IMG/VR virus record: IMGVR_UViG_2974623408_000001
Location: 58,564-122,563 of that record
Source: a virus
Taxonomy: Duplodnaviria; Caudoviricetes
Length of the DNA stretch: 64,000 bases
Reading direction: 5' to 3' (one strand)
The position numbers and the translations under genes were made by a program. The notes under the pieces were generated by a model. It did not search any database. It was not told where the DNA came from and worked only from the letters and a program-made list of their open reading frames with translations. Below are positions 39,131-49,762 of this stretch, piece by piece. Each line of letters begins with the position of its first letter. The first letter of the stretch is position 1.

Positions 39131-39629
39131 TATCTACACCTACAATTTCTACATGACACTTTTTCAAATACTCTACCACATTTTGTGGATCACGGTGGGC
39201 GTCATTTCCCGTTATGTACACAATATACGTGATTCCAGAGGCTACAAGCGCTTTTGCGCATGAAATGCACAGAGAGGTCGACACATATGCTTTCGCATTC
39301 GACATACGCGAACGATCAGAACGTGCGATAGCGTTTATCTCAGCGTGAGATGAGGGACAGTCGCTGTACGATTGATCGCACGAGTCAGGATTTTTCGCGC
39401 GTGGACACCAATCACTGCAATGTTCGGATGGTACGTCAAATGCCGGCGCTGGTCCATTGTAACCGCACGCCAGCATTTGATTGTCTCGAGAGACAAGAAC
39501 ACAACCTACTTGGGCACGATCACAGCGGGATCGTTGTGCGATTGTCTGGGCCATTTGAAGCCAGACCTCGTCCCACGTGATTCTAGAAGCGCGTGACGGC
39601 GTCTCGTCCGCATCTGTAAGCACGGTCAT
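39099..39629 (-). CDS. dCMP deaminase
   Basis: RSRC.R.QVG, GYNG, HAEINAI, LCISC. Confidence 0.9.
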   Translation of the reverse strand: MTVLTDADETPSRASRITWDEVWLQMAQTIAQRSRCDRAQVGCVLVSRDNQMLACGYNGPAPAFDVPSEHCSDWCPRAKNPDSCDQSYSDCPSSHAEINAIARSDRSRMSNAKAYVSTSLCISCAKALVASGITYIVYITGNDAHRDPQNVVEYLKKCHVEIVGVDSAVAGRTASK

Positions 39630-39945
39630 AGTCTGTATGCATCCAAGTAATAGTCGAATTGAGTGGGGTCACGCGTTTTATCATCATCGGGTGGCCACAG
39701 TAGTCACATGTGCCGCGTATCTTGCATAGCACGTCCGTAGTTGTGACGATCATGCTATTTTCAGCTCTCTAGATGAGCAGACTGTTTCGCAGGTTTCCGG
39801 TGTCTGCCACTTTACGCGAACCCAGAGATTACTGCTATCTCCCTGCCATTCACGTGTAAGTTCGGTGACATGTCCAACCCAGCGATGGTCTGCGTAGAAC
39901 TGAACGCGTGCCCCTAATTCCAGTTCATCTTCGATCGGCACGACT

Positions 39946-40320
39946 TCACTTGTCTCCACGCCAGTCCCAACCATCTTCGGTTTTGACAACGGTGTAATAC
40001 CCCGGGCGTTGCGGCGCGACAGTAAGCGATGAGATGTGCTTATCCAGTTCACAGTTGAACAACTCATTCTTGTGACGTTCGATGAGAGGGTGGACGATCG
40101 CGTAACCGTACGGGGTCAACTTCACCCAGTGGTGTACCTGTGGCGCGTTCAACAATTCGTGTGTAGCTTTCGGCTTGTCGCACGTTTCTTTGTTGCCGCA
40201 CAGGATGATTCCGTCAGGGTCGAGAACGAGCGTTTCTTGATCACAGTTGATGCATCGACCTTGAACCTTGTGGTTGCGGCGAATGATCTGTTCCATGATC
40301 TGTTCTTCACTTATCTCTAG
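39946..40320 (-). CDS. Hypothetical Cys-rich protein (start uncertain)
   Basis: VQGRCINC..ILCG..C..HPLIER. Confidence 0.55.
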   Translation of the reverse strand, partial: LEISEEQIMEQIIRRNHKVQGRCINCDQETLVLDPDGIILCGNKETCDKPKATHELLNAPQVHHWVKLTPYGYAIVHPLIERHKNELFNCELDKHISSLTVAPQRPGYYTVVKTEDGWDWRGDK

Positions 40321-40324
40321 AGTG

Positions 40325-41209
40325 TCATTCGACGGAATGAAGACTGGTTCGTGTCCCGGCTGCAGAATCACTTTCGACTGTTTCAAGTCTCTTAGCGATG
40401 TTTCGCTGAAGCCCTGTACCGGTTGATGTGAGGGCTGGGACTGTACCAAGAAGAGCGTTTTTAGCTTCTGCACGAATTTCATCGTACGACCACCCTTTGC
40501 GTGCCAGTGGATTCACCGAATAGTCGATGAAGCGTTCAAACGGCTTGGCGATGAACTCTTCTGCTTTCTCCACGTCACGCTCGTAGATGTGCATTGAATG
40601 CACGAAATGAGTGTAGGAACCGAGACTGTAACCCAACGCTTCGGCGAACGTTGCCTGTAGCAGTGTGAACTGCGTGAAGTCGGACGATGCACCCAGCCAA
40701 ATGTCGTTGCTACGCATGGTCACAGTCATGTTCAAGTGGTTGCTGCGTACGCGGAAACCGATTGACACGGTACATGGGTGATCGCTGTGCTTTGTGTCGC
40801 CAGCGTCCAGTTCTGGTGACCACAGAGTGAGAATGGCCTGGCGTGTTTCAGGATCGTCTTTCAGCATGTTGAAGATCTTTCTCATCTGATCCCCGTGTGC
40901 TGCACGTGCGCCATAGTCACCGTAGTGATCGGTGTACGTCATCATCTTGGGCCAGCAACGATCCATCAAACGCGGTACCGCCACACTACCGATGAGTTGC
41001 GCACCCTCCATCATCCCGAGTAGGGGTGACAAGCCAGGGCGTTTCGGTACCAGCAGGCGTGGATGATCCACGCTCACAACGTAATTCTCGATCTCACGAG
41101 TCATGCCACCACGTGAATCGACAGGGGTACCCCACTCGATCAGGTCGTGCACGATCGCTGGATACGCGCTGTAGAAGTCGTCTGATACTCTCGAGAATAC
41201 GTGTGTCAT
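40325..41209 (-). CDS. Thymidylate-synthase-fold enzyme, likely dCMP hydroxymethylase
   Basis: SRG, DYG.R, TRQA, DHPCT, MRSNDIWLGASSD (Asp at the ThyA Asn177 position), SMHIY. Confidence 0.82.
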   Translation of the reverse strand: MTHVFSRVSDDFYSAYPAIVHDLIEWGTPVDSRGGMTREIENYVVSVDHPRLLVPKRPGLSPLLGMMEGAQLIGSVAVPRLMDRCWPKMMTYTDHYGDYGARAAHGDQMRKIFNMLKDDPETRQAILTLWSPELDAGDTKHSDHPCTVSIGFRVRSNHLNMTVTMRSNDIWLGASSDFTQFTLLQATFAEALGYSLGSYTHFVHSMHIYERDVEKAEEFIAKPFERFIDYSVNPLARKGWSYDEIRAEAKNALLGTVPALTSTGTGLQRNIAKRLETVESDSAAGTRTSLHSVE

Positions 41210-41369
41210 TTTGCACTCCGAAGTGTTTTCCAAAGATCGTGGTACATGGTTTGGCAGTCGCCGCATTTCCAACCGCGTACATGATACTTCTTGTTGCAAC
41301 CGAACATGTTGCGTCCACGGCACGGCCAAAGTTCTCCGCCGTGTGTGCGAGAGTACTCTTTGGTGTGAA

Positions 41370-42152
41370 CTACGATTGACATTCTGACGCCGTCATTCTA
41401 CGAATCAAATAGTCTGCAACTACCTCTGGTTCATGACAATACACGATGTCACGGTCCCAGGTCTCTGGTTTGTCGAAAATTTCGCTGTACAGACGTGGTC
41501 TATGATGCTCGAGTGACGATAGCAAGCACGGCTTGAAAAACTCCGGTACGATCGGCGCATGCTTGATGTCGTCCTCGATGCCCTCGTGTGCGTACAAAGG
41601 CATCGCCAGGAACGACGCTAGCGACAGACTAGCAAAGTCGCGTGCGAACGTCAGGTACCGGCCGTGAATGTTGCGCAGCTGGTCGTCACGTTCGCCGTCG
41701 ACCTCATCCAGGTATGGGTCGTCACGACCTCTGGATCGTTCGATCAATGTCTCGACACTCGGGGTCAGTGTCACGGTCATTCCGTCCGCACGTGCGATCA
41801 CGTCATCGAACTTTTGAACGCCGTGGGGACCCAGGTCACCGAAACCGTCGATGTTCGTGTCAGGGCGAAATAGTCCACCGTAGATCGGCGAGCCCCAGTG
41901 TGCCCTGTCAAGAACAACCAGATGGTCTGCGTTCTTAGGTGTTGCACCCCATTCAAGGAACGGTTGCGCTGTTTCCTTGAGTAGACGTCGATAGCACATA
42001 ACCGAATAGTCGGCTACCGATTGACCGTCACGTCGATCCGGTGGTGGTCCGATGTGAACCAGTTTGGCGGGGCCACGATCCCAACGATTGACGATCGTTT
42101 CAGCCAATGTCGATTTGCCCGCCCCGTCTGGAGCTTCAAGCGCGAGAATCAT
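41370..42152 (-). CDS. dNMP kinase (thymidylate-kinase-like)
   Basis: LEAPDGAGKST, VLDRAH, R..D lid. Confidence 0.8.
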   Translation of the reverse strand: MILALEAPDGAGKSTLAETIVNRWDRGPAKLVHIGPPPDRRDGQSVADYSVMCYRRLLKETAQPFLEWGATPKNADHLVVLDRAHWGSPIYGGLFRPDTNIDGFGDLGPHGVQKFDDVIARADGMTVTLTPSVETLIERSRGRDDPYLDEVDGERDDQLRNIHGRYLTFARDFASLSLASFLAMPLYAHEGIEDDIKHAPIVPEFFKPCLLSSLEHHRPRLYSEIFDKPETWDRDIVYCHEPEVVADYLIRRMTASECQS

Positions 42153-42327
42153 GCTTTTTCCATATGTGTCGAGATTTCGTCACCTTCGCGACGTTTCACT
42201 ACTATTGTATCGCCCTGACGAATGCGAACCACGATCATGAACTCTGCGTCGTCGCCTTCGGGTGAGTCGGGATCGTACTCAGGCGTGCCGATCACATGCC
42301 GGTACAACTTGTGAGTCTCGTCGCTCA

Positions 42328-42894
42328 TCATAGTTTACTGGATTCCGACGCCATTTCAGCATCGTGCTCGCCGGCGTTACGAATCAACGTCTGAGCGAGG
42401 AACGACAGCATCTTCGTGTCGTTGCGTCGTGTGTGTAGCGACTCGACCGCTTCGGCTGCTGTGGCGCACACAGCGATCCAATGACGGTCAACCTCGATAC
42501 GCAACGAGGCCGGGTCCTCAGCAAGCGACTGACGCACGTCTGGGCGACAGAACGGGCACGGCTGACGATCCTCAACCCGGATTTCCTCGGGCTTGACGTC
42601 AGGTGCACCCGGAAGCTGCTTGCCTGCAATCTGATCACAGTTAATCGAATGGACGATCGCACTCACGCCGATTCGATGCAGCACGTAATACCCGCCATCT
42701 GTGCGGTACGCTTCGATTTCGGTCCAGCGGGGTCGACCTTCACGTTCGCTTGACACACTCGATAGGCGAACACCGTTGAATTTCACGGTGCGGCTGCCGT
42801 CATTGAACGTCCACTGCTTTGATTCGAGGTCGGAACCGTCGTCACCAAGGTCTGAGTACTCAACCAGTACGTCAGGGTTGTACGCTTTACTCAT
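42328..42894 (-). CDS. Hypothetical protein
   Basis: RWTEIEAYRTDGG..H..C..CPFC; GGAG RBS. Confidence 0.6.
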   Translation of the reverse strand: MSKAYNPDVLVEYSDLGDDGSDLESKQWTFNDGSRTVKFNGVRLSSVSSEREGRPRWTEIEAYRTDGGYYVLHRIGVSAIVHSINCDQIAGKQLPGAPDVKPEEIRVEDRQPCPFCRPDVRQSLAEDPASLRIEVDRHWIAVCATAAEAVESLHTRRNDTKMLSFLAQTLIRNAGEHDAEMASESSKL

Positions 42895-42964
42895 ATGAAC
42901 TCTATTCTCCAAATAGCACAACAATCTTAGTTGTCAAGTATCAACAATAATTGTATCGCTATTC

Positions 42965-43525
42965 TTATGTCGCGCCTGCAACACGTCGGCGTTCGCGCTG
43001 TTCGCGTTGGCGTTCGCGATTCTCCATGATGAACTTGTGACGCCACGCCAGTTCTTCACCGGTCAAGTCACCGACCAGTTTGCTGACACGATCCGGGTCG
43101 AAGAACTCGTCCAGTATCTGCTGCACGTCTGGGGTCAGCGAAAAGTACACAGCCGCAAACATCACGTGGTCCATCGAAACCATTCTGGTTTTCAGGCTCA
43201 ACGACGGGCGACGTTTGAACTGTCGCGGCTTGATTTCCTTACCGGTACGGTGCCGGATTCGTTTTCTTTCCGCTTCGGTGTGGGCATTCTTGCACGAAAT
43301 GCAACGTTCTTCACCGAGGCGAATGTGTCGGTAATATCCACGATCCGTACCGCATATCACTTCAGGAATTCCACGGCGTTCGCGCAGTTCTTTACGGTTC
43401 TTCCGTGTCTGGACACTGTGCGCTTTTCTGCATTCGACGCAGGTTTCTTCCAGCATACGAACGTGTTTGTTGTATCCGGCGTTGGTACCGCATTGTTCTC
43501 TAATTATCGAGGGTTTCTTCGCCAC
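42965..43525 (-). CDS. Protein with two tandem Cys/His Zn-finger-like repeats
   Basis: CGT..GY..H.R..E..C..C..AH present twice. Confidence 0.65.
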   Translation of the reverse strand: MAKKPSIIREQCGTNAGYNKHVRMLEETCVECRKAHSVQTRKNRKELRERRGIPEVICGTDRGYYRHIRLGEERCISCKNAHTEAERKRIRHRTGKEIKPRQFKRRPSLSLKTRMVSMDHVMFAAVYFSLTPDVQQILDEFFDPDRVSKLVGDLTGEELAWRHKFIMENRERQREQRERRRVAGAT

Positions 43526-44068
43526 TGTTTTCCTTTAAACACTTATTCCAGTAGTCAAGATATTTATCTTGTTTAGACTGCTTTTCTGCTATTACCGCGT
43601 TAGGGTCACGGTAATAGCAGATTGCAACCAAACCAAATTTGAGCTGGTACTTACTCGTAAAGATCGTCATCCTGATTGGTGATTTCCCATCCGACGATGT
43701 TTTTCCATGCGAACACACGACGCATACCGTGCGGGTCGCCAACCGTCTCAAACGACAGATAGTTACCGCGTTCGTCGCATTCGAGAGTGTGACGTTTCAA
43801 TTTGTACCACGCACCGTCAGCGCACAGGATGGCCGAGATTTCCTCGTCCATCACCAGTTCGATACCCGTGCTTGTTTCAAATACTTCTTTTATCCCGGTC
43901 ATACCATCGCTCCTGCAACCGCTAATCCGAAACCAACAAGGCACAGCAGGACGCCAACGATAGATATACCCGTCGCTGCCTCGGAACCATTCGCTGAGAA
44001 ACTAGCCATTGTGCACAACAAACCCAGCACGGTGAAAACCCACCAGATACTGGCCCAATCTTCTAGTG

Positions 44069-45388
44069 TCATGACATATCCCATTCTTTCAGCATGAAAC
44101 GAGTCATCATGCTTCTATATTTACCCGGTCTGTCCAAATGGTAGGGCGGGTCAGTTAGTTTCGCACTGATTTCAGTGCACATGTCAAAGTACAATGACGG
44201 AAAAATGGCGTTGGTTGACGGGTCAGCATGTTCATCCCCACCTTCCGCTCTCCACATCTCGTACATTGCCCCGTTGACAACTTCATCCTTGAAACAATAG
44301 TCAGCCGCACGGCCGAGAACGTCCACAAGGAAGTTGTTGCGACCCGTTTCACCGTGGGTCAGTTTCACGCGTTGTTCTGGTAAACATCCATGATACGCGT
44401 AATATTCGACGATTCGACTGGCAGCGCCATCCACGCCATCCAGCAATTGCTGGCACAGGTCTTCGTAACCGACGGTTCCGCCCAGACCGACACCAAGTGT
44501 TGAACGGTACTTGTCCTCCATGTCGAGGTTGTCTGCCCATGTACCGCGGCCGACGGCGGTTACTGTTCGTAGCGGACGGCCGGGTGTCGACTCACGCAAC
44601 ACGGATGCCATTCGTGACCATGTCGCCGGGTCCCACACCTGCAAATACAACGGTGACTCATCGACGCGTGCGTAGTTGACGCCTGATTTATGCAGAGAAG
44701 GCGCAGCGATGACGCCACCGGTACGGTCCTTGAGGTCGACACCTGGGTAGCGAGCGAAGCTGGATCGCAACTTTTTGAGACCACTCCACACCGAACTGTC
44801 CGCGATACGGTAATAGTAGTGGAACCCGCCGTCACTCGTCGCGTAGTGGAATGTGTCGCGCAAGTTCACGATCTCGCGAACGTCGTTGCACAAGCGCTCA
44901 AATGATTCTGTGCCACCACCACGAGGATCGATGTCGAGTACCAGTGTCTGTGTTTCTTCGCCGACGAGAGGGTAAACGTTGTACGGCTTGTCCGCCCAGA
45001 CACGGTCGGCGTCTTCCCGACTGCGGATGTGGAAATTCTTGGTGGCGTAAAAGCCTGTCTCTACCGGATGTTTACCGACGTTGTCGCAGGCGATACCGCT
45101 GCCGCATGAACACGACTGTTCCGCCTCGACCAGACTGGTACGGACCGGGTAATGGGCGTACGTCACCGTCAAGCCGAGTGCGGTCACGTACCAGAGAGCT
45201 GCGTTCCGAAGTGTCGTGACACGTGCATCTTGTGGGGTCGGTTCCGACGTCTGAGCGGGTGTCTCCCGAACGACCGGATCAGGTTCGCGTATCGCTACAG
45301 GTTTCACCTCGGGTATTGCTGCAGGCTGCGCTACGGTGTTCCCCATGAACGGTGGTGGAGGTGCAGATGTCACAGTGTCGAGCTCCAT
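44069..45388 (-). CDS. Bifunctional primase/polymerase (Prim-Pol) domain protein
   Basis: CSCG..C..GKHP, VLDIDPRGGG, GGFHYYY, PGVDL, APSLHKSG. Confidence 0.87.
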   Translation of the reverse strand: MELDTVTSAPPPPFMGNTVAQPAAIPEVKPVAIREPDPVVRETPAQTSEPTPQDARVTTLRNAALWYVTALGLTVTYAHYPVRTSLVEAEQSCSCGSGIACDNVGKHPVETGFYATKNFHIRSREDADRVWADKPYNVYPLVGEETQTLVLDIDPRGGGTESFERLCNDVREIVNLRDTFHYATSDGGFHYYYRIADSSVWSGLKKLRSSFARYPGVDLKDRTGGVIAAPSLHKSGVNYARVDESPLYLQVWDPATWSRMASVLRESTPGRPLRTVTAVGRGTWADNLDMEDKYRSTLGVGLGGTVGYEDLCQQLLDGVDGAASRIVEYYAYHGCLPEQRVKLTHGETGRNNFLVDVLGRAADYCFKDEVVNGAMYEMWRAEGGDEHADPSTNAIFPSLYFDMCTEISAKLTDPPYHLDRPGKYRSMMTRFMLKEWDMS

Positions 45389-45979
45389 CGTGTAGCTGGT
45401 GTTACGCGCGTTTGTTCACGATATGCCCGTTACCAGCTCCAGTCACCATCGCTGATGAGTACGCAAAAAATCATAACCTGCAAAATTGCGAGCAGGAGTA
45501 GCAGGGTCATCAAAGAAATGCTGACGATGCCCCAGAACACACCGTGATCTGCCGGGCCTGTTGACATAAGTAAAGCCCACAAACCGATTGTTGCGAGGAA
45601 CAGCAGAATTTCGTAGCGGCCTTTGAGGCCAAGGATGTGGCGAATCAACCAAGGTGCGTCAGTGTCTTCTTCGTAAAACTTCATGTCAAGTGTGTCTTTC
45701 TTTGTCTAGTCGTCGTCGTCTTCTTCATCGTCGTCATCGTCGTTGTCACGACGGTTGGCGAAACCGAACGGCATCGTGTCTGAGGTTACAGAACCGCCAT
45801 CTCGGGGTCCGTCGTCGTCGCTGCGTTCGTGCATCACGAGTGTGAGTGGTTGATCCTCTGAACCGTCAGGTGATGGCGCGTCGTTGTCACCCATTTCAAG
45901 ACGGAAACGGAACACTGTGACACCGAGGAAACGCAGCGACGATCGTACGAACATGAGTTCACGATACGCCTGTCAGGTG

Positions 45980-46822
45980 TTACCGAAACTCGATTCCTTC
46001 AATGTTGTCGACGCCCTTGATTTTTTCCACGCCGAGAGGATTGTTTGCAGGAAACTCTTTGTCGGCCATTTTCTCCGCAGTCGTCACGATCTGCTCACCC
46101 AGCATCTTCGGTGACTTGCCCTCTACCGGGATGATGTCTTTCTTCACTTTCATGGGCTTCTTGAAGAACGGCTTTTTCACGATGGTCACGGTGACGATCG
46201 GTGTGCCATCGTAGCTGTCGAGTTCTTTCTTCACCAGCCACTGATGCTTTTTCGGCAGCTTCGGCATTTCCAGTGCTGCCGGTGCTGGTGCATCTTCCTT
46301 CTTGCCGTCGTCGCGCTTGTCTGTTTCGATCATTGTGCGTGTGCCTCCTGTCGATGGGTCATGAACGATTCGTGTCTTGCGTGTCGAAGCCTTGGCTGCC
46401 TTCTCTTCCAGGTCCTCGACCTTCTTTTCGAGGTCCTTACGAATCGACGCGTACGACCCTGGTCGGTAGACCATCCCGGGGCGTGGATGAGACGAGGGCA
46501 ACGATGGCGGAAACTCGAGCTCGCGTGCACGAGCCAAATCTTTGAGAGCCCGGTCCATCGCCTCAATCTGCTTACGGGTTTTTACTTCTTCTTCGTCGTC
46601 TTCGTCGGCAGGCGGGTCGACGTCATCCGATTCTTCCATCTCCCACGAGGAACTGAAGTCGCGCCAGCCGGCATCTTCCTCGTCGTCGATGTCGTCTTCG
46701 TCGTCTACCAATTCGTCCGTGTCGTCGTCTTCGTCCCAGGCGTCGGCGAAGTCGTCGGCGTCGAAGTCTTCTTCGCGATCGTCGTCGAACTTATCGGCAA
46801 GAGCGTCTGCGTCGTCAATCAT
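45980..46822 (-). CDS. Protein with extremely acidic N-terminus and basic C-terminus
   Basis: First ~80 aa dominated by D/E. Confidence 0.7.
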   Translation of the reverse strand: MIDDADALADKFDDDREEDFDADDFADAWDEDDDTDELVDDEDDIDDEEDAGWRDFSSSWEMEESDDVDPPADEDDEEEVKTRKQIEAMDRALKDLARARELEFPPSLPSSHPRPGMVYRPGSYASIRKDLEKKVEDLEEKAAKASTRKTRIVHDPSTGGTRTMIETDKRDDGKKEDAPAPAALEMPKLPKKHQWLVKKELDSYDGTPIVTVTIVKKPFFKKPMKVKKDIIPVEGKSPKMLGEQIVTTAEKMADKEFPANNPLGVEKIKGVDNIEGIEFR

Positions 46823-46944
46823 TTTCGTGTCCTGTCTATCTGCGGTAACTTCCCTGACAGCGAATGCAGAGTTTGCTTATCTGCAATCCGTCAACGTGGT
46901 AGAATTCCCACCGGTGGAATCCCATCCAGCATAACACCCGCATG

Positions 46945-47430
46945 TCAGTATCTCGAGTAGTACTTCGACGCGGCTACCTCAGCCTGCTTGTGCTCCTCCA
47001 CCGCGGCGTCGTACGCTGTCTTGATGATGTCGTAGTCGGTCGACTTCTTCGGTGTCTTGTTCAACATCTTCCAGAGGTCGTTGACCTGTTTCTCGGCAGC
47101 GTCACGGGCAGCGACCTGGTCGTGATACTCCTTTTCCGCCGGGAAAATGAACGAATAGAAACGCTGCAATGGACCGTTGCCTGTACCGTTCTTGTACGCG
47201 TTCGCGCACAACGCAAACAACGCTACGAGTGGTACACCGCCGAACACGAGTGAGAACACAACCGGCATGATGATGTAAAACTTGTCGTCGCTCTTGCCGT
47301 CGCGATAATCCATGTCGTACTTCGACGGTCGCGAATTTTTGAACGCCATGTCGAGCCAGCGAATCGCGAATGGAGCGGCGATGATGTTGGCGGCGACGAT
47401 ACTGAGAAAAACGATCATTCCTGCGTCCAT
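46945..47430 (-). CDS. Membrane protein
   Basis: Two TM segments and a coiled-coil tail. Confidence 0.6.
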   Translation of the reverse strand: MDAGMIVFLSIVAANIIAAPFAIRWLDMAFKNSRPSKYDMDYRDGKSDDKFYIIMPVVFSLVFGGVPLVALFALCANAYKNGTGNGPLQRFYSFIFPAEKEYHDQVAARDAAEKQVNDLWKMLNKTPKKSTDYDIIKTAYDAAVEEHKQAEVAASKYYSRY

Positions 47431-48672
47431 TACAGGGGACCTCCTAGAATTGGTGGGACGTACGACTCCAGTAGGTCTTCGATCGCTTCGTCCGTGAGTT
47501 TGGCACGGAACGTGTGTTCCACGATACCGTGCATGGTGTGGATCACGCCTTTGAAGGCGAGACTTTCGGCGGCCTTACGTGACGTGCGATTGTCACCGCA
47601 CGTCCACCAGGTGTGGCCGAGTCGGGTACGGGCGACGAGCAACTCGTACAGGAGTTCTTCACTCGGGGTCAGATTGAGATCGTCGACAAAGTTGCTCATC
47701 GCGACTCCAGATACGGCTTGTACTCGTTGTCGTGCCAGATGTCACGCGCCGGTTTCGACGAGATTCTCGCGATCGTAGCTGCACGCAAGTACTCGCCGAC
47801 GTAGCTCTGCAGAACGACTGCTGGAATCACCCGATGATCCATGCCATCGCTTGCGACTTGTAGTTCTTTCATCGACATCGCAGCGCTGCGAATCGTTCCG
47901 AAGTCGATTTCGTACGTGTCGCCATCTGTCAGGTCGACAACCCGCACTTTGTTGCCGGGCCGCTCGATGAGCGTGAACTCGTTGTCCTCGTCGATGTGTC
48001 TGGGGACGGTCATGATGCTTTGTCCTCCCTGACTTCCTTGTACCAGTCGGCGTACTCCTGGGCGGTCTTGTTCATCACCTTCACGGTGGTCGAGGCCTCG
48101 ATCGCTGCCGCGACAGCCTCATCCCACGTGAACCGGTGCATGGTGGTCCAGTACTCGGTGCGCGACGATGGTCGTGGTTCGTGATGCCACGACTTGTTCT
48201 TGTGACGCGACAGGCAGTCACCGCCGGGTTTTGTCACGGCCCATTTGTCGTCACCGCGGTATTCGACGTAGATCGCCCACATCCATGCGTTGTCCATCGT
48301 GTCGTCGAGACACTTGGCGAGGACCCGTGTCTTCACGCACAGAATCTCGACGTCATCGCTGTGCTTGGGTTTTCGATGGAGTCTCATGACTCCGCCGCCA
48401 GCTCTCTGGCCCGTTTCTGCAGCTGATCCACGACGGCCTCACGGACGGCCAGGATGTTGTCGGGCTTGTAGAAGAAGTCGTCGAAGAGTGCGTCCACGTC
48501 CTCCAGCGGGACGATGAACGACAGGGTGACGACCCCGTCCTTGACTTCGAAGTCGACGTCCAGGTCGAAGGCTTCTTCACCCTCGGCGAGGTCGACGTCG
48601 TAGTGTGGTCTTTCGGTCATGTCAATCCTTGTCCAGTGTTTGTCAATGTGTCGATGTCACGTGATGATCGTA

Positions 48673-48996
48673 TCACTCACCCTGCAGGTACGCAATGGTC
48701 TTGCGGAAGTTGGTGTGGAGCCATTCGGGTGTGTCCTCGGGCAAACTCCTAACAACAACGTACGGTGCGTATCGACGATGCCGATCGGAACTGTCCAACC
48801 ATTCAGAAATAGCGTGCCATGAAGTGTCGTTACTGTACCATTTGCCTGTCTGTCGTATCATCCGAACCTGCACGTTCCCGTCAACCAGTCGGGTCTGCCA
48901 GATGTCACCGTCTCTATCCTGATACCAGCGCGGGCCTTGCATCTCGATGATGTCATCCACGCACGGAACGTCCAGGCGATTCAATTCGACGATCAT
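48673..48996 (-). CDS. DRDGDxW-motif protein, paralog 3
   Basis: WYQDRDGDIW...RYAPY. Confidence 0.6.
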   Translation of the reverse strand: MIVELNRLDVPCVDDIIEMQGPRWYQDRDGDIWQTRLVDGNVQVRMIRQTGKWYSNDTSWHAISEWLDSSDRHRRYAPYVVVRSLPEDTPEWLHTNFRKTIAYLQGE

Positions 48997-49406
48997 TCCG
49001 TAACTCCGTACACGTTGAAAAGGTAGGTTCTGAAATGGGCAGGTACATTCTCCTCCGCCGCTAACGTGCGGGGCGACATCATGTAGTAAGGCGCGTATCT
49101 GGACATCCAGAGCAGACTGTCCTCATCCGTACGGGTGTCCTCGATTGCTTGTTTCAACCATTCGGTGTGCTCGACAAGATTTTCACCAATGGACGACTTC
49201 CCGATCCATGTCCGTGGCGCACCCGCCACCACGCCGATGCAGTGAACTGTACGGGTGCAGAATCGAAGCTTACCCGCCCTGTTCACAACCCGAACAACCT
49301 CCCAGACGTCGCCGTCACGGTCCAGGAAAAACCCGCGTAGAACGTTGAACTCGTCGGGCGTGGTACGGCTGTAATGCATCGCTGTGTTGTTGTGCGTGAG
49401 GATCAT
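48993..49406 (-). CDS. DRDGDxW-motif protein, paralog 2
   Basis: FLDRDGDVW...RYAPY. Confidence 0.6.
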   Translation of the reverse strand: MILTHNNTAMHYSRTTPDEFNVLRGFFLDRDGDVWEVVRVVNRAGKLRFCTRTVHCIGVVAGAPRTWIGKSSIGENLVEHTEWLKQAIEDTRTDEDSLLWMSRYAPYYMMSPRTLAAEENVPAHFRTYLFNVYGVTE

Positions 49407-49762
49407 GACAGTCTCTTCCTTTGCACCACACGCAACGCCGTCTTGACCACCGCGGGTGCGCCGCCGTACTGTAGCTCTGACGCCAGGTCCTTGTCCGATA
49501 ACGGCGTGAACGGTGCATATGCGCTGAAGTTTTGTCGTGTCATCCTGGAAACCGTAGTCCACGCCCGGTCTGAATCATCCACGTACCAGTCCGGCCCGAT
49601 CTTCAATACGCGGTATTGAACTCCCGTGCCTCTGTTCGTGGTGCATTCGCGCGTCAACCAGTAATCACCTTGACGATCGGCGTACATTTCGTACGGCTTC
49701 GCACGTGTCCAGTCGAAGAGAACACCGCGACTTTCAAGAAACTTTCGCCACGTGTGTATCAT
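49403..49762 (-). CDS. DRDGDxW-motif protein, paralog 1
   Basis: YADRQGDYW...AYAPF. Confidence 0.55.
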   Translation of the reverse strand: MIHTWRKFLESRGVLFDWTRAKPYEMYADRQGDYWLTRECTTNRGTGVQYRVLKIGPDWYVDDSDRAWTTVSRMTRQNFSAYAPFTPLSDKDLASELQYGGAPAVVKTALRVVQRKRLS

